A program made the position numbers and the translations under genes. Below are positions 1 to 11,774 of a stretch of DNA of 64,000 nucleotides, one piece after another. Source of the DNA: an uncultured Candidatus Saccharibacteria bacterium. GTDB lineage: Bacteria > Patescibacteriota > Minisyncoccia > Phycocordibacterales > UBA5272. The notes under the pieces were generated by a model. It was not told the origin of the DNA. It searched no databases and saw only the letters and a program-made list of their open reading frames with translations. Every line of letters starts with the position of its first letter. The stretch's first letter is position 1. The stretch spans positions 10,805-74,804 of the forward strand of contig CAYWEW010000006.1 of NCBI GenBank assembly GCA_964457775.1, written 5' to 3'.

Positions 1-236
1 TCGAAGGTTATGGAGCAGCTCACATACTCCGTGAAATGTTAACAGTAAAGTCTGACGATATCGTTGGTCGTTCACAGGCATTCGATAGTATTATTAAAGG
101 TGAAGATGTTAAGGAACCTAATACTCCTGCGTCATTTACAGTTATGTTGAATACTCTCCGAGGTCTTGCTCTTGATGTCGAGCCAAGAAAAATTACTAAC
201 AATGAAGCCCCAGTGCTTGGTGAATCATCACTATAA
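1..236 (+). CDS. rpoB: RNA polymerase beta subunit, 3' end (partial)
   Basis: Frame reads EGYGAAHILREMLTVKSDDIVGR...PASF, the conserved RpoB C-terminus; directly upstream of rpoC. Confidence 0.97.
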   Translation, partial: EGYGAAHILREMLTVKSDDIVGRSQAFDSIIKGEDVKEPNTPASFTVMLNTLRGLALDVEPRKITNNEAPVLGESSL

Positions 237-257
237 AAATCGTAATCATTAACTTAT

Positions 258-3200
258 ATGAAAACAATCGACACAAATAATTTTGACGGCTTGTCAATCA
301 AGATTGCTTCTCCAGAAGCGATTCGTGCTTGGTCATTTGGTGAGGTTACGAAACCAGAAACGATTAACTATCGTACTGGACGTAGTGAGCGTTATGGACT
401 TTTTGATGAAAGAATATTCGGACCTGAAAAGGATTATGAATGTTATTGTGGGAAGTATCGTCGTATTCGCTTTAAGGATATTGTTTGTGAGAAGTGTGGA
501 GTTGAAGTAACAAAGTCTATTGTTCGTCGTGAAAGAATGGGACACATTGAGCTTGCATCTCCTGTTGCTCATATTTGGTTCCTTCGTACTGTGCCTTCAC
601 GTATCGCTCTTATTCTTGCTCAACCAGTAGGGGATGTAGAGAAAGTCGTGTACTTCGCTGGATATGTTGTAAAATCTGTTAATCAAACAGCAAAGGAAGA
701 AATTCTTTCAAATCTTGATTCAGAATTTAAGGCAAAAATAAAATCAGCAAATGACGAAAAGACACAAGATAAACTTCGTGAACTTCTAACATCAACAAAG
801 AAGGAAATTGATGAAATCAAACCAAATAAAATCTTTGATGAATTAACTTATCATCGTTATTCAATGAAATATGGTACATGTTTTGAAGCAGGTATTGGAG
901 CAGACGCTCTTTACGAAATCTTCAAGAAAATGGATCTCAAAGTAATTGAAGCAGAAATCGTTCAACAATTAGTAAAGTGTGGAGCACTTGAACGTGAGAA
1001 GGCTGAGAAACGTCTTTCACTTATCAGAGCATTCCAAATCGCAGGCATTCGTCCAGAATGGATGTTCTTAACAACAATCCCAGTTATTCCTCCAGGTATT
1101 CGCCCTATGGTTGCGCTTGAAGGTGGTCGTTATGCAGCATCAGATGTGAATGATCTTTATCGTCGTGTAATCAACCGAAATAATCGTTTGAAGAAATTGA
1201 TGGAAATTGGCGCACCAGATGTTATTTTAAGAAACGAAAAGCGTATCTTACAAGAAGCAGTTGATGCTCTCATTGATAACTCTGCTCGTCATGGACAAGA
1301 TGCGGTTATGAGTCAATCACAAAAGAGACAATTAAAGTCACTTTCAGATAACTTAAAAGGAAAGCAAGGCCTTCTCCGTGGAAACCTTCTTGGTAAGCGT
1401 GTAGACTATTCTGCTCGTTCAGTTATTGTGGTTGGTCCATCACTAGCACTTAATGAATGTGGTCTTCCAAAGCACATGGCACTTGAACTATTCAAACCAT
1501 TTATTATTTCAAAGATTCTAGAACGTGAACTCGCATTTAACATTCGTGGTGCGAACAAGTTGATAGAAGATGCTATTCCTGAAGTATGGGCAATACTTGA
1601 AGAATGTATTGAAGGAAAGTATGTACTACTTAACCGTGCTCCTACACTTCACCGTTTAGGTATTCAAGCATTCAACCCTCGTCTTATTGAAGGTAATGCT
1701 ATACAACTTCACCCACTAGTTTGTCAGGCTTTTAACGCTGACTTTGACGGTGACCAGATGGCGGTACACTTACCACTATCAGTTGCAGCACAAGACGAAG
1801 CTCGTACACTGATGGCAGCCAATCGTAACCTGTTACGTCCTGGTTCAGGAGACTCTATTGTTAACCCAAGAATGGATATGGTGCTTGGTGTATATTGGAT
1901 GACAAAGTTAATTGCGGGTGAGAAAGGTGAAGGAAAGTATTTCCCAACACCGAATGAAGCAATCACAGCATACGACTTCGATATCGTTTCTTTCCGTGCG
2001 AAGATTATCGTTATGCCAAGTGATAAGCCAAAATATGCACAGTTTGAAGGTAAGCCATTTGAAACAACAATTGGACGTTTACTGTTCAACTCAGTTTTCC
2101 CATCTGACTTCCCATATATGAACGATGAAGTTGGTATTAAGAAAATGAACTCAATTGTCGATAATGTTATTCTTACTTATGGATTAGACTTAGCACCTAC
2201 AATTATCGACAAGATAAAATCTTTCGGTTACAAGTATGCAACTGTTTCAGGTACTACTTGGAATATTGATGCAGTTAAAGTTCCTAAGGAAAAAGACGGC
2301 CTTGTAGCAGATGGATGGTCACAGGCAGGTCGTGTAGAAGATGACTACAATGAAGGTCTTCTCTCAGCTGAAGAACGTTATGAACGTACCATTGATGTAT
2401 GGCAAGGTGTTAGAAGTAAGATTGAAAAGCTTATTCCAGATTCTTTCGAAAAGCATGGCTCAGTATATGATTTGATTAACTCAGGAGCCAGAGGTTCTGT
2501 TGCACAGATTATTCAAATGTCAGGTATGAAGGGTATTATTGTGAACAACTCAGGACGTAACTTGGACTTCCCAGTTATTTCATCATACAAGGAAGGACTT
2601 ACTCCACTAGAATATTTCATTACAACTTATGGTGCTCGTAAAGGTAACTCAGACACGGCTCTTAAAACAGCTCAAGCTGGATACCTTACACGTCGCCTTG
2701 TTGATGTGGCACAGGATGCTATCATTACCGAAATTGATTGTGGTACAAAAGAAAGTAAAATTGTTCGAAAAGAAAACGCTCTCGGAATTGAAGTACCAAT
2801 TTCAAAAAATATTCGTGGACGTATTATTGCAGAAGACATTGTTGTAGATGGGAAAGTTCTTTTCAAGAAGAATCATCTTATCAACAAGGATGATGCTGTA
2901 ATAGTGGAAAACGCAGGAATCACAGAAGCGAGAGTATTTTCACCACTTATGTGTCAGTCACTTCATGGTATTTGTCAAAAGTGTTATGGACTAGATATGG
3001 GACGTAACAAGAAAGTAGACTTAGGTGAAGCTGTCGGTATTGTGGCTGCTCAAGCTATTGGTGAACCAGGAACACAGCTTACTATGCGTACATTCCACGC
3101 CGGAGGTGTGTCTGGAGTCGACATTACACAAGGTCTTCCTCGTGTTGAAGAAATCTTCGAACGTCGTATGCCAAAGAATCCAGCTATTATTGCTCATGAA

Positions 3201-3854
3201 TCTGGTTCCATTATTGGTATGCGTGATGAAGGAAAAGAAAAGATTATTCTTTTACTTGCAGATGATGATGGAGCAAAGGGAAACAAGAGTGGTAAGCAAA
3301 TTGAGTACACAGTACCATATCGTCGTCAGCCAATAGTAAAAGTTGGAGACTCTGTAAAACAAGGTCAAATGATGACAGACGGTTCATGTGATATTGAAGA
3401 ATTATTTACTCATGCAGGAAAGGAAGTTACTGAAGAATATATTGTTAGTGAAATTAACAAAGTGTATGAATTACAAGGTGCCGCAATTTCACGTAAGCAC
3501 GTTGAAGTTATTATCAAGCAAATGCTTGGACGTGTGAAAATTGTTAATCCTGGAGATACACGATTCACACAATCAGATGTTGTTGAAGTATCTAATTTCC
3601 GTGCAGAAAACCTACGTACAAAGACACGTGGTGGAACAGAAGCAAAGGGTCGTCATTTGATACTTGGTATCACTGATGTTGCCCTCTCAACTGATTCGTG
3701 GCTATCTAGTGCTTCATTCCAAAATACTACTAGAGTGCTCATCACAGCATCTACTCGTGGTCAAATGGATGAACTCCGTGGTCTAAAAGAGAACGTTATC
3801 ATCGGCCGCCTTATCCCGGCTGGAACTGGCCTCCGTGGACAAGAAAATAGTTAA
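258..3854 (+). CDS. rpoC: RNA polymerase beta' subunit
   Basis: NADFDGDQM catalytic motif, N-terminal Zn finger, [30 protein letters not shown]. Confidence 0.99.
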   Translation: MKTIDTNNFDGLSIKIASPEAIRAWSFGEVTKPETINYRTGRSERYGLFDERIFGPEKDYECYCGKYRRIRFKDIVCEKCGVEVTKSIVRRERMGHIELASPVAHIWFLRTVPSRIALILAQPVGDVEKVVYFAGYVVKSVNQTAKEEILSNLDSEFKAKIKSANDEKTQDKLRELLTSTKKEIDEIKPNKIFDELTYHRYSMKYGTCFEAGIGADALYEIFKKMDLKVIEAEIVQQLVKCGALEREKAEKRLSLIRAFQIAGIRPEWMFLTTIPVIPPGIRPMVALEGGRYAASDVNDLYRRVINRNNRLKKLMEIGAPDVILRNEKRILQEAVDALIDNSARHGQDAVMSQSQKRQLKSLSDNLKGKQGLLRGNLLGKRVDYSARSVIVVGPSLALNECGLPKHMALELFKPFIISKILERELAFNIRGANKLIEDAIPEVWAILEECIEGKYVLLNRAPTLHRLGIQAFNPRLIEGNAIQLHPLVCQAFNADFDGDQMAVHLPLSVAAQDEARTLMAANRNLLRPGSGDSIVNPRMDMVLGVYWMTKLIAGEKGEGKYFPTPNEAITAYDFDIVSFRAKIIVMPSDKPKYAQFEGKPFETTIGRLLFNSVFPSDFPYMNDEVGIKKMNSIVDNVILTYGLDLAPTIIDKIKSFGYKYATVSGTTWNIDAVKVPKEKDGLVADGWSQAGRVEDDYNEGLLSAEERYERTIDVWQGVRSKIEKLIPDSFEKHGSVYDLINSGARGSVAQIIQMSGMKGIIVNNSGRNLDFPVISSYKEGLTPLEYFITTYGARKGNSDTALKTAQAGYLTRRLVDVAQDAIITEIDCGTKESKIVRKENALGIEVPISKNIRGRIIAEDIVVDGKVLFKKNHLINKDDAVIVENAGITEARVFSPLMCQSLHGICQKCYGLDMGRNKKVDLGEAVGIVAAQAIGEPGTQLTMRTFHAGGVSGVDITQGLPRVEEIFERRMPKNPAIIAHESGSIIGMRDEGKEKIILLLADDDGAKGNKSGKQIEYTVPYRRQPIVKVGDSVKQGQMMTDGSCDIEELFTHAGKEVTEEYIVSEINKVYELQGAAISRKHVEVIIKQMLGRVKIVNPGDTRFTQSDVVEVSNFRAENLRTKTRGGTEAKGRHLILGITDVALSTDSWLSSASFQNTTRVLITASTRGQMDELRGLKENVIIGRLIPAGTGLRGQENS

Positions 3855-3874
3855 TTAATTCTGATTAAATAAAC

Positions 3875-3903
3875 AAAAAACACCTAATATGAGGGTGTTT
3901 TTT
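3875..3903 (+). terminator. Intrinsic terminator after rpoC
   Basis: aaaaaacacc...ggtgtttttt hairpin with T-run. Confidence 0.75.
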
Positions 3904-3933
3904 GTTTTATTCCATGATATGATGTAATGAATT

Positions 3934-4770
3934 ATGAAACTAGGAATGATTGGGCAGGGGTTTATAGGTAAGGCATATGCTAATGATTTTGAAACGCGTG
4001 GGTACGAAGTAGTACGTTATTCAAATGAAAAAGCATTCATTGATAATAAAGAAGCAATTTCAACATGTGACATAGTTTTTATTGCTGTGCCTACGCCTAC
4101 AACAGTTAAGGGATTCGATTACTCCATCGTCGAGGAAGTTCTTCATCTTGTAGGGAAGAATAAAATTGCTGTAATTAAGTCAACTCTGATACCTGGAACC
4201 ACAGAACAATTACAAGAAAAATTTCAGTCAATTTATTTATTTCATTCACCTGAATTTCTTGTTGCAAAAAATGCTGAGTATGACGCAAAATACCCCGTCA
4301 GAAATATTGTCGGCCACACTAATTTTTCTAAAGATAAAGCTGAATTAGTGCTTTCTGTTTTACCAAGTGCTAAATTTTCAAAAATAATCCCATCAAAAGA
4401 GGCTGAAATGGTTAAGTACATGGGAAACATTTTTCTTACAAAGAAAGTAATATTTGCTAACTTAATTAATGATTTATGTAAAAAAATTGATGTTGATTAT
4501 GAAACAGTAAAAGAGTGTGTTGGAATGGATAATAGAATTACATTAAGTCATTTAAATATTGATCATGATAAGGGTCGGGGAGCGGGAGGTTATTGTTTTA
4601 TTAAAGACTTAGCAGCATTTTCGCAGTTTTATGAAAAAACATTACCTGAAGATCAAGTTGGTAAAGATATATTCAAATCACTGGAGAGAAAAAACATTAA
4701 CCTACTCAAATTATCTAAGAAAGATTTAGAACTACTTAAAGGTGTTTATGGAGAGGGTATTATGGAATAG
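3934..4770 (+). CDS. UDP-glucose/GDP-mannose dehydrogenase family protein (short form without C-terminal domain)
   Basis: GxGxxG, FIAVPTP, IKST, SPEFL, GGYCFIKD motifs. Confidence 0.88.
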   Translation: MKLGMIGQGFIGKAYANDFETRGYEVVRYSNEKAFIDNKEAISTCDIVFIAVPTPTTVKGFDYSIVEEVLHLVGKNKIAVIKSTLIPGTTEQLQEKFQSIYLFHSPEFLVAKNAEYDAKYPVRNIVGHTNFSKDKAELVLSVLPSAKFSKIIPSKEAEMVKYMGNIFLTKKVIFANLINDLCKKIDVDYETVKECVGMDNRITLSHLNIDHDKGRGAGGYCFIKDLAAFSQFYEKTLPEDQVGKDIFKSLERKNINLLKLSKKDLELLKGVYGEGIME

Positions 4771-4896
4771 AAAAGGTCATAAAGATAGCAAGTATTTACT
4801 TATAATTGTGTATAAAAATAGCATAATTGCTAGTTGTTTTTCTATGTGTGAATATGCCTAAATAAATTATATCTTTAATGATATACTTTATATATT

Positions 4897-6567
4897 ATGA
4901 ATTTATCGAAAAAGGTTTTACAGGCTCTGCTTATTTTGGGTTCTATCTCCCTCACCACCTCTTCTGTTTATGCATCAATAACAATAACGTCGCCAAATGG
5001 AGGTGAAAATTGGTCAGGAACAAAAACAATTACTTGGACCAGTGTCGGAACAAGTGGATTCGTAAATATATATAGATGTCTAACATTAGATTGTTCTTCT
5101 ACATCCACAGTTGCAACCAATGTTACAGATACAGGTTCGTCTACCTTTGATACGTCTGGGTTAAACGCTACTAACAAAATTTACATAGAAGATGCATCAG
5201 ATACTTCAATGTCAGATGTTTCGGATAACACATTCAGGATCGATAATACAATTTCTAGCTGTAATGCTTCGATTGGGTCAAATAATACTGGCTCTGCAAG
5301 AATAGCAAAAGTAGGTGATCTTATTACCGTCAACTTTGATACTTGCGAATCAATAAGTTTAGGGACCGTTACTTTTTTTGGAAAAATAATTAATGCTACG
5401 AACATTGGAGGAAATACTTGGTCTGTTTCTACAACGACAACCATGACTGATGATGAAGGTCTTGTTTCTTTTAATATTAATTATACCGACCTTGCGGGTA
5501 ATTCAATGTCACGATCAAGTACAGTTAATGGATCATATGTGATATATGACAAAACATTTCCAGAATCCTCTATATCTTTTTCAACATCAACATTCACAAT
5601 TGGAAGTATGGCTACCGCAACAATTACCTTTAATGAGAAAGTAAGAAACTTTGCAAATGATGACATTATTAGAATTGATAACGGAACACTTTCTACTGCA
5701 ACATCATCTGATGACGGGATCACATGGACAGCGATTTTTACTCCGACAGATGCTACAAGTTCATTAAGTAACGTAGTTGTTATTGATACATCTCTGCTTA
5801 ATGATATTGCAGGAAATACTGGAACAAGTACAGCAACATCTTCAAGCTATATTATTGATACTGAGAGACCTACAGCGACAACATCACTGTCTTCTAATTC
5901 AGTTGGAATTAGTCAGACAATAACCCTAACAATTACCTTTAATGAGAAAGTAAGAAACTTTGCAAATGATGACATTATTAGAATTGATAACGGAACACTT
6001 TCTACTGCAACATCATCTGACGACGGTATAACGTGGAACACTATCTTCACCCCAACATTAGGAATTAGTAATACTATAAGTACCATTGCTATTGGATCAA
6101 GCTACACTGACATTTATGGAAATACCTCAGCAACAGGTACAGTTACTGCGAATTTTATCGTTAATACTCCTACAGTTAGTCAGAGTGGAGGCGGAGGTTT
6201 TTCTGGAGGCGGAGGTGGAGGTTCAGTTGTAACTGTTGTTCAGCAACCTGTAGCTACCACTACACAAAATCAAAATACAGCGCAATCCGTACCCGTAACA
6301 ACTCAAAGTACTCTAAACTTACCAACTGTTCTAGGAGCTTCGATATTTATCTTCTCGAAAAACTTAAAGTTAGAATCTACAGGAAATGATGTGATGGAAT
6401 TACAAAAGTTCTTAACAAAAGAAGGATTTTTCAGCAATAAGCCAACTAAGTATTTTGGTAGACTTACGAAAATTGCATTGATGAAATGGCAGAAAAAAAA
6501 CAATTTGCCAGCGACAGGATATTTTGGTCCTATGTCTAGAGTAACTATAAACAGCAATTCTAATTAA
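4897..6567 (+). CDS. Secreted Ig-like repeat protein with C-terminal peptidoglycan-binding domain
   Basis: Signal peptide, SPNGGE motif, two ITFNE Ig-like repeats, Gly linker, DVMELQKFL...YFG...WQKKN PG-binding tail. Confidence 0.8.
   Translation: MNLSKKVLQALLILGSISLTTSSVYASITITSPNGGENWSGTKTITWTSVGTSGFVNIYRCLTLDCSSTSTVATNVTDTGSSTFDTSGLNATNKIYIEDASDTSMSDVSDNTFRIDNTISSCNASIGSNNTGSARIAKVGDLITVNFDTCESISLGTVTFFGKIINATNIGGNTWSVSTTTTMTDDEGLVSFNINYTDLAGNSMSRSSTVNGSYVIYDKTFPESSISFSTSTFTIGSMATATITFNEKVRNFANDDIIRIDNGTLSTATSSDDGITWTAIFTPTDATSSLSNVVVIDTSLLNDIAGNTGTSTATSSSYIIDTERPTATTSLSSNSVGISQTITLTITFNEKVRNFANDDIIRIDNGTLSTATSSDDGITWNTIFTPTLGISNTISTIAIGSSYTDIYGNTSATGTVTANFIVNTPTVSQSGGGGFSGGGGGGSVVTVVQQPVATTTQNQNTAQSVPVTTQSTLNLPTVLGASIFIFSKNLKLESTGNDVMELQKFLTKEGFFSNKPTKYFGRLTKIALMKWQKKNNLPATGYFGPMSRVTINSNSN
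5619..6020 (+). repeat. 93-bp exact intragenic direct repeat (5619-5711 and 5928-6020)
   Basis: aacaattacctttaatgagaaagtaagaaac...catcatctga identical at both positions, offset 309 bp. Confidence 0.9.
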
Positions 6568-6593
6568 ATTTAAAGTATAATTACTCTTCTATT

Positions 6594-7655
6594 ATGAAAA
6601 AAATACTTGTAACCTTAAAACATGTTTTTATACCTCATGATGAGAATGACTACAAGCCACATTTTTTTCGAGAAGTAAGTGTTTCAATGTTACTTTTTAT
6701 GAGTGTGTTTCTATTAGGGTCTTCTGCGGGCAGTTCATTTTTCATGAAAAAAACTGTTCTTGGTGCTGAAATTGCTTCGTCAGTGCTCATTGACCTTACC
6801 AATGAAAGTAGACTGGCTCAAAACGAGCCCCCTTTAATACGTAACCCAAAACTTGATAGAGCTGCTGAATTGAAAGGTAATGACATGGCTAGTAAGCAAT
6901 ATTTCTCTCATAATAGTCCTGAAGGTGTGACACCATGGCATTGGTTCAGAGAGGTTGGTTATAACTTTCTATTCGCAGGTGAAAATCTAGCAATAAACTT
7001 CTCTGATTCAAGTGAAGTTCAAAGGGCGTGGCTTGAATCTCCAACACATAGAGCAAATATAATGAACGTTGAGTTTCGAGAAATAGGTATCGCAACTATA
7101 AAAGGGGAGTATAACGACTACCCTACTATTTATATTGTTCAAATGTTCGGTACTCCAGCATATGGAAAAATTAAAGAAGACAAGTCATTTTCTGTACAAG
7201 AATATGGAGCGTCATCAACGGTAACTGTCTCTAAAATTACTACATCAGAAAACGTTAAAGGTGCTTCTACTGGAACTGTTGCTGAAGAAGTAACTGCAAA
7301 AACTACGGTCGCTTCGACGAGTAGTTCAACCATACAAACTCCTTCTAATCTTGAAAAAATTGTATCAACACAAGATATTGCCGTTGTAAAGAATACTTCA
7401 GTTGAGATGTCAAAAATCCCAAAACATGTTGTTGTCCCAATGATTTCATATTCTACATGGTATGAGAAAATTCTTTTCAAGTTTTCTTCGTATATTGAAA
7501 TTCTTTACAAAGGATTATTACTTCTTGTGGCATTTGCCCTTGTTACTATGGTTTTAATTGAGATTCGTAAACAGCATTATGTTCATATAATGTATGGTAT
7601 TTTCTTGCTTCTTCTTCTAACACTATTTATTAATATTAATAAGATATTCTTGTAG
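6594..7655 (+). CDS. CAP/SCP domain membrane protein
   Basis: TNESR...YFSH...AGENLA...WLESPTHRANI...VQMFG; TM segments at both ends. Confidence 0.9.
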   Translation: MKKILVTLKHVFIPHDENDYKPHFFREVSVSMLLFMSVFLLGSSAGSSFFMKKTVLGAEIASSVLIDLTNESRLAQNEPPLIRNPKLDRAAELKGNDMASKQYFSHNSPEGVTPWHWFREVGYNFLFAGENLAINFSDSSEVQRAWLESPTHRANIMNVEFREIGIATIKGEYNDYPTIYIVQMFGTPAYGKIKEDKSFSVQEYGASSTVTVSKITTSENVKGASTGTVAEEVTAKTTVASTSSSTIQTPSNLEKIVSTQDIAVVKNTSVEMSKIPKHVVVPMISYSTWYEKILFKFSSYIEILYKGLLLLVAFALVTMVLIEIRKQHYVHIMYGIFLLLLLTLFININKIFL

Positions 7656-7700
7656 AATAGTAAGAAGAAATCATTTGAGCTTTATGGTAAAATAGAGTTC

Positions 7701-9359
7701 ATGAATCCAAAAGATCAGATTAAAGAAAATCTATCTATTACTGAGGTTGTATCTACCTATATCCGCCTCGAAAAGTCAGGGGCTCAGTTTCGTGCCCGTT
7801 GTCCGTTCCACAATGAGAAAACTCCTTCTTTCTATGTTTCACCTGAGAGAAAATCATTTCACTGCTTCGGATGCCAAGCACATGGAGATATTTTTTCTTT
7901 TGTTGAGAAAATTGAGAATATTCCATTTTTTGAAGCACTCAAAATTTTAGCTGACAGAGCCGGTGTACAGTTATTAGATACACAAAAAAATAAAGAAGAC
8001 ACTCGTCTTATCACTCTTTTAAAAGATGTAACAGGACATCTTGAGAAAAATTTAAAAGGCAGCCCCGAGGCAATGAAGTATCTTATTGACAGAGGTTTAA
8101 CTGATGAAACAATAAAAATATTCCACATAGGATATGCCAAAAACGAGTGGCGTGATTTGTTTATTTATCTCGTGTCACTTGGATATACACCTGAAGAAAT
8201 AGAACAAGCCGGCATGACCATAAAAGCACAAGATGATTTTGGGAATACAAAAGGTTGGTATGATAGATTTAGAGGACGTGTCATGTTTCCAATAAGAAAT
8301 GTGTCTGGTGCAACAGTTGGATATTCTGGTCGTATATTACCGTCACTTGTAGACCCATCAGTTGCTCAAGGAAAGTATGTTAATACTCCAGAGACTGCTC
8401 TATATCATAAGTCTAAAATTTTGTTCGGTTATGATACTGCAAAAAAGAGAATGGCAGAAACAAAATCTGTGGTTGTGGTGGAGGGTCAAATGGATTTATG
8501 TATGAGTTATCAGGCAGGTATTCATAATACGGTTGCAGTATCAGGAACGGCCTTTACTGACGAACATATACACATTATTAAGCGTTTTTGTGAAACAGTT
8601 GTACTTTCTTTTGATACTGACACTGCAGGGCAAAATGCTCTCAAAAAAACAGCATTACTTTGTTTATTAGGTGGTTTAGATGTGTATGTGGTGGGTGATA
8701 TTGGTACTAAAGATCCAGCTGATTTAATAAAAGAAAATCCTACTGCTTGGGTTAATGCGATAGAGAACAAAAAACACGTAATTGAATTAATGCTTTCAAG
8801 GATAATTAATGATGGAGAAGATACTCGCGTACAGGGTCAAAGAATAGTGAGCGAAGTGTTACCATTCATTAGGGCAGTACAATCACCAATTGATAGAGCT
8901 CATTTTATTAGAATAGTCTCACAAAAAACTCATATTCCAGAAGCAACATTATCTGAAGAAATATCAAGAGGAGCATTAGCGCAGCCAGATATTATAAAAG
9001 AAGAAGTAATAACCATGCCAAGCAAAGAAAGACTACTTCGTGAAATAATCGCCTTCACAAAACTCACTGATTTACATAAAGACGAAAGAGTTACAGTACT
9101 TGAGATAGACTTTACACAATTCCCAGACACAATCATAGAAGAGGAAATGTTTAAGTTGGAAGAAAAAGTAATAGGGGATAAAGATAAATATTTCAATGAT
9201 TTAATTAAGAGTTTTAAAAAGGAACAACACAAAGAACAATTAATTATCTTGCAACAAAAAATGAGAGTGGATGGTGCAGACAAAGAAGCTATTCTAAAAG
9301 AAATATATGATCATGTAAAAAAGGGACCTGAAGCAATTTACGGTCTTAAAAGTAATTAA
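7701..9359 (+). CDS. dnaG: DNA primase
   Basis: CPFHNEKTPSF zinc finger, FRGRVMFPI, KYVNTPET, VEGQMD and DxD TOPRIM motifs. Confidence 0.98.
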   Translation: MNPKDQIKENLSITEVVSTYIRLEKSGAQFRARCPFHNEKTPSFYVSPERKSFHCFGCQAHGDIFSFVEKIENIPFFEALKILADRAGVQLLDTQKNKEDTRLITLLKDVTGHLEKNLKGSPEAMKYLIDRGLTDETIKIFHIGYAKNEWRDLFIYLVSLGYTPEEIEQAGMTIKAQDDFGNTKGWYDRFRGRVMFPIRNVSGATVGYSGRILPSLVDPSVAQGKYVNTPETALYHKSKILFGYDTAKKRMAETKSVVVVEGQMDLCMSYQAGIHNTVAVSGTAFTDEHIHIIKRFCETVVLSFDTDTAGQNALKKTALLCLLGGLDVYVVGDIGTKDPADLIKENPTAWVNAIENKKHVIELMLSRIINDGEDTRVQGQRIVSEVLPFIRAVQSPIDRAHFIRIVSQKTHIPEATLSEEISRGALAQPDIIKEEVITMPSKERLLREIIAFTKLTDLHKDERVTVLEIDFTQFPDTIIEEEMFKLEEKVIGDKDKYFNDLIKSFKKEQHKEQLIILQQKMRVDGADKEAILKEIYDHVKKGPEAIYGLKSN

Positions 9360-9386
9360 AATTGCCTACAATGTTGTTAATAATTA

Positions 9387-9395
9387 TGTGGATAA
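9387..9395 (-). promoter_or_regulatory. DnaA box (TTATCCACA) upstream of the rpoD promoter
   Basis: Perfect tgtggataa on + strand, about 30 bp upstream of a TATAAT at 9425-9430; function not shown. Confidence 0.45.
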
Positions 9396-9446
9396 CTTTA
9401 GTGGACATATTGTCTAATTTGTAGTATAATCCCCGATACACGTCAT

Positions 9447-10871
9447 ATGGCGAAAAAAGTATCTTCACAAAAAAAGAGTGTACAGAAAAAAACTACAACA
9501 AAAAATGTAGTCAAAAAATCAAAAACCAATAAGGTGGTATCTTCAAAGAAGACTACCCCTGCAGTGAAAAAATCTCTTGCAAAGAAATCACAAAAAAAGA
9601 CACCAAAGAAGACAACAAAGAAAGTCATACCTACAAAAAAAGTAACTAAGAAAGTAGTTAAGAAAGTAACAAAAAAAGTTATCAAGAAAGAAAAGAAGAT
9701 TGCTCCAAAAAAGCAAACTCCAAAAATAGAGGAAAAACCAAAGTACAAACCAAAAGCTTTCACAATTAAGACAGGTCCATCAAAACCAAAGATTGTTGAA
9801 AAACCAAAGAAAGTAACTACTCGTGATCAAAACGAAGAGGAGCTTCTAAAAAAAGGAAAGGAACGAGGATTCATTACATATGATGAGATTATTCGTTATT
9901 TCCCTACAATTGAGACGGATATTCTTTATCTAGAGGAATTGTATGAAAAGATGAGCGCTGCAGGAATTGACGTTCTAGAAGGTGGAAATCTTCTTGATAT
10001 GGATGATGATCTTCTTAAATTAGAAGGGCGTGATAGTACTCATGATAGTATACAAATGTATTTACGTGAAATTGGTCAATATCCTCTAATTTCAGGAGAT
10101 AATGAACGTGAACTTGCTATTCGTATTGAAAAGGGTGATATGGAAGCTGGAGCATTACTTGCTAAAGCAAACCTCCGTCTTGTTGTTTCCATTGCGAAGA
10201 AATACGTTGGGCGTTCATCTGATCTTACACTTCTTGATCTTATTCAAGAAGGTAACTTAGGGCTCTTTAAAGCAGTTGAAAAGTTCGACTGGAATAAAGG
10301 CTTTAAGTTCTCAACTTATGCTACTTGGTGGATTAGACAAGCAATCACACGTGCGCTTGCTGATCAATCAAGAACAATTCGTATTCCTGTGCACATGGTA
10401 GAAACAATTGCTAAGTACAAACAAGTAGTTCGTCGTCTATCACAAGATCTAGGTCGTGATCCACTCGCAGAGGAAATAGCGGTAGAAATGAATGTTGATG
10501 TTGAAAAAATTCACATTATCGAAAACATTAATCAAGACACTGTTTCACTCGAAAAGCCAATCGGAGACGATGATGACAAGTCCACACTAGGTGAATTTAT
10601 CGCTGATGATAAAATTCTTTCTCCAGACCAAGAAGCGTCACACAGAATTCTTGCTGACCAAATCAATGAAATATTAGATGATCTTTCTCCAAAGGAAAGA
10701 AAGATTGTAGAAATGCGAAATGGCCTCGGTGAGTTCGATGGCGTTATGCACACTCTTGAAGAAGTAGGGGCAGAGTTCGGAGTTACTCGTGAACGTATTC
10801 GTCAAATTGAAGCAAAGGTACATGAAAAGATTCGTTCTCATGATAAATCAGAACGTTTAAGAAATTATTAA
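9447..10871 (+). CDS. rpoD: Primary sigma factor with Lys-rich N-terminal extension
   Basis: [46 protein letters not shown]...TRERIRQIE. Confidence 0.97.
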   Translation: MAKKVSSQKKSVQKKTTTKNVVKKSKTNKVVSSKKTTPAVKKSLAKKSQKKTPKKTTKKVIPTKKVTKKVVKKVTKKVIKKEKKIAPKKQTPKIEEKPKYKPKAFTIKTGPSKPKIVEKPKKVTTRDQNEEELLKKGKERGFITYDEIIRYFPTIETDILYLEELYEKMSAAGIDVLEGGNLLDMDDDLLKLEGRDSTHDSIQMYLREIGQYPLISGDNERELAIRIEKGDMEAGALLAKANLRLVVSIAKKYVGRSSDLTLLDLIQEGNLGLFKAVEKFDWNKGFKFSTYATWWIRQAITRALADQSRTIRIPVHMVETIAKYKQVVRRLSQDLGRDPLAEEIAVEMNVDVEKIHIIENINQDTVSLEKPIGDDDDKSTLGEFIADDKILSPDQEASHRILADQINEILDDLSPKERKIVEMRNGLGEFDGVMHTLEEVGAEFGVTRERIRQIEAKVHEKIRSHDKSERLRNY

Positions 10872-10920
10872 TGCATAAAAATATTCAGATCAAATCTGAA
10901 TATTTTTATAAAACCAAAAG

Positions 10921-10948
10921 AAAAAACACTTCTTGAGAAGTGTTTTTT
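10921..10948. terminator. Bidirectional terminator between rpoD and the RRM gene
   Basis: aaaaaacacttct-tg-agaagtgtttttt palindrome between convergent genes. Confidence 0.75.
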
Positions 10949-10972
10949 CATTGTGTGTATTTCTAATTTAAA

Positions 10973-11254
10973 TTAGAAAGCACGACGTGGACGATCCTCG
11001 CGAGGTGCGAGTGGACGAGCTACATTTACAGTAAGACGACGTCCTTGGAATTCCTGATCGTGGAACATGGCGATAGCCTTGTTTGCTTCCTCATCAGATG
11101 ACATTTCAACGAAGCCGAAGCCCTTTGAACGGTTAGTCATCTTGTCGATGATAATTTGAGCTGAAAGTACAGTTCCGGCTGCGCCGAAGTGTGCCTTAAG
11201 ATCGTCGTTAGTAGAAGTGTAAGGTATACCACCTATGTAAAGTTTTGAATTCAT
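10973..11254 (-). CDS. RRM (RNP-1) RNA-binding protein
   Basis: KLYIGG RNP2 and KGFGFVEM RNP1 motifs. Confidence 0.95.
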   Translation of the reverse strand: MNSKLYIGGIPYTSTNDDLKAHFGAAGTVLSAQIIIDKMTNRSKGFGFVEMSSDEEANKAIAMFHDQEFQGRRLTVNVARPLAPREDRPRRAF

Positions 11255-11508
11255 TTATGTTTAGAAACTAATTGTTAATCTAAGCCCTAGCGCACAGTAA
11301 TACAAGTGTAGAAACAGTGTAAAACGTGGAGTTGCTTATAGACTATATACTACCATATTTTATATACAAAAGTCAATAGCTGTTGGGTAGTTATTAGTAA
11401 TTAGCTTGTAGAATATGGCTAAAATAGATTACAGATTCAAGGATTTTGTATCACATCAGAATGTCAGCACTCTTTTCATTGTATATAAAAATATAGAATC
11501 ATTGTATA

Positions 11509-11739
11509 ATGATATATATGAATAAATTTGAATCAAACCAAGGGAATGTAATAAATTTTGAAGAAAAAAAACTTGAACAACTTAAAGATACTGAAGAAAC
11601 ATTTAGAATTGCTATGGTTCAAGCAATAGAAGATCTTGAGCGAGGGCAAATTACAGAGGTTGTATTTGATGATTTGAGGTCTAGATATTTTATAGCAAAG
11701 CAAGAGCGTGAAGATTTTGAATTAAAGTTTAAAATTTAA
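11509..11739 (+). CDS. Hypothetical protein
   Basis: Fills intergenic space; charged helical 76-aa ORF. Confidence 0.6.
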   Translation: MIYMNKFESNQGNVINFEEKKLEQLKDTEETFRIAMVQAIEDLERGQITEVVFDDLRSRYFIAKQEREDFELKFKI

Positions 11740-11774
11740 CTTTTACTCCTCAAAAAAATTCTTTGTAAAAAAAA

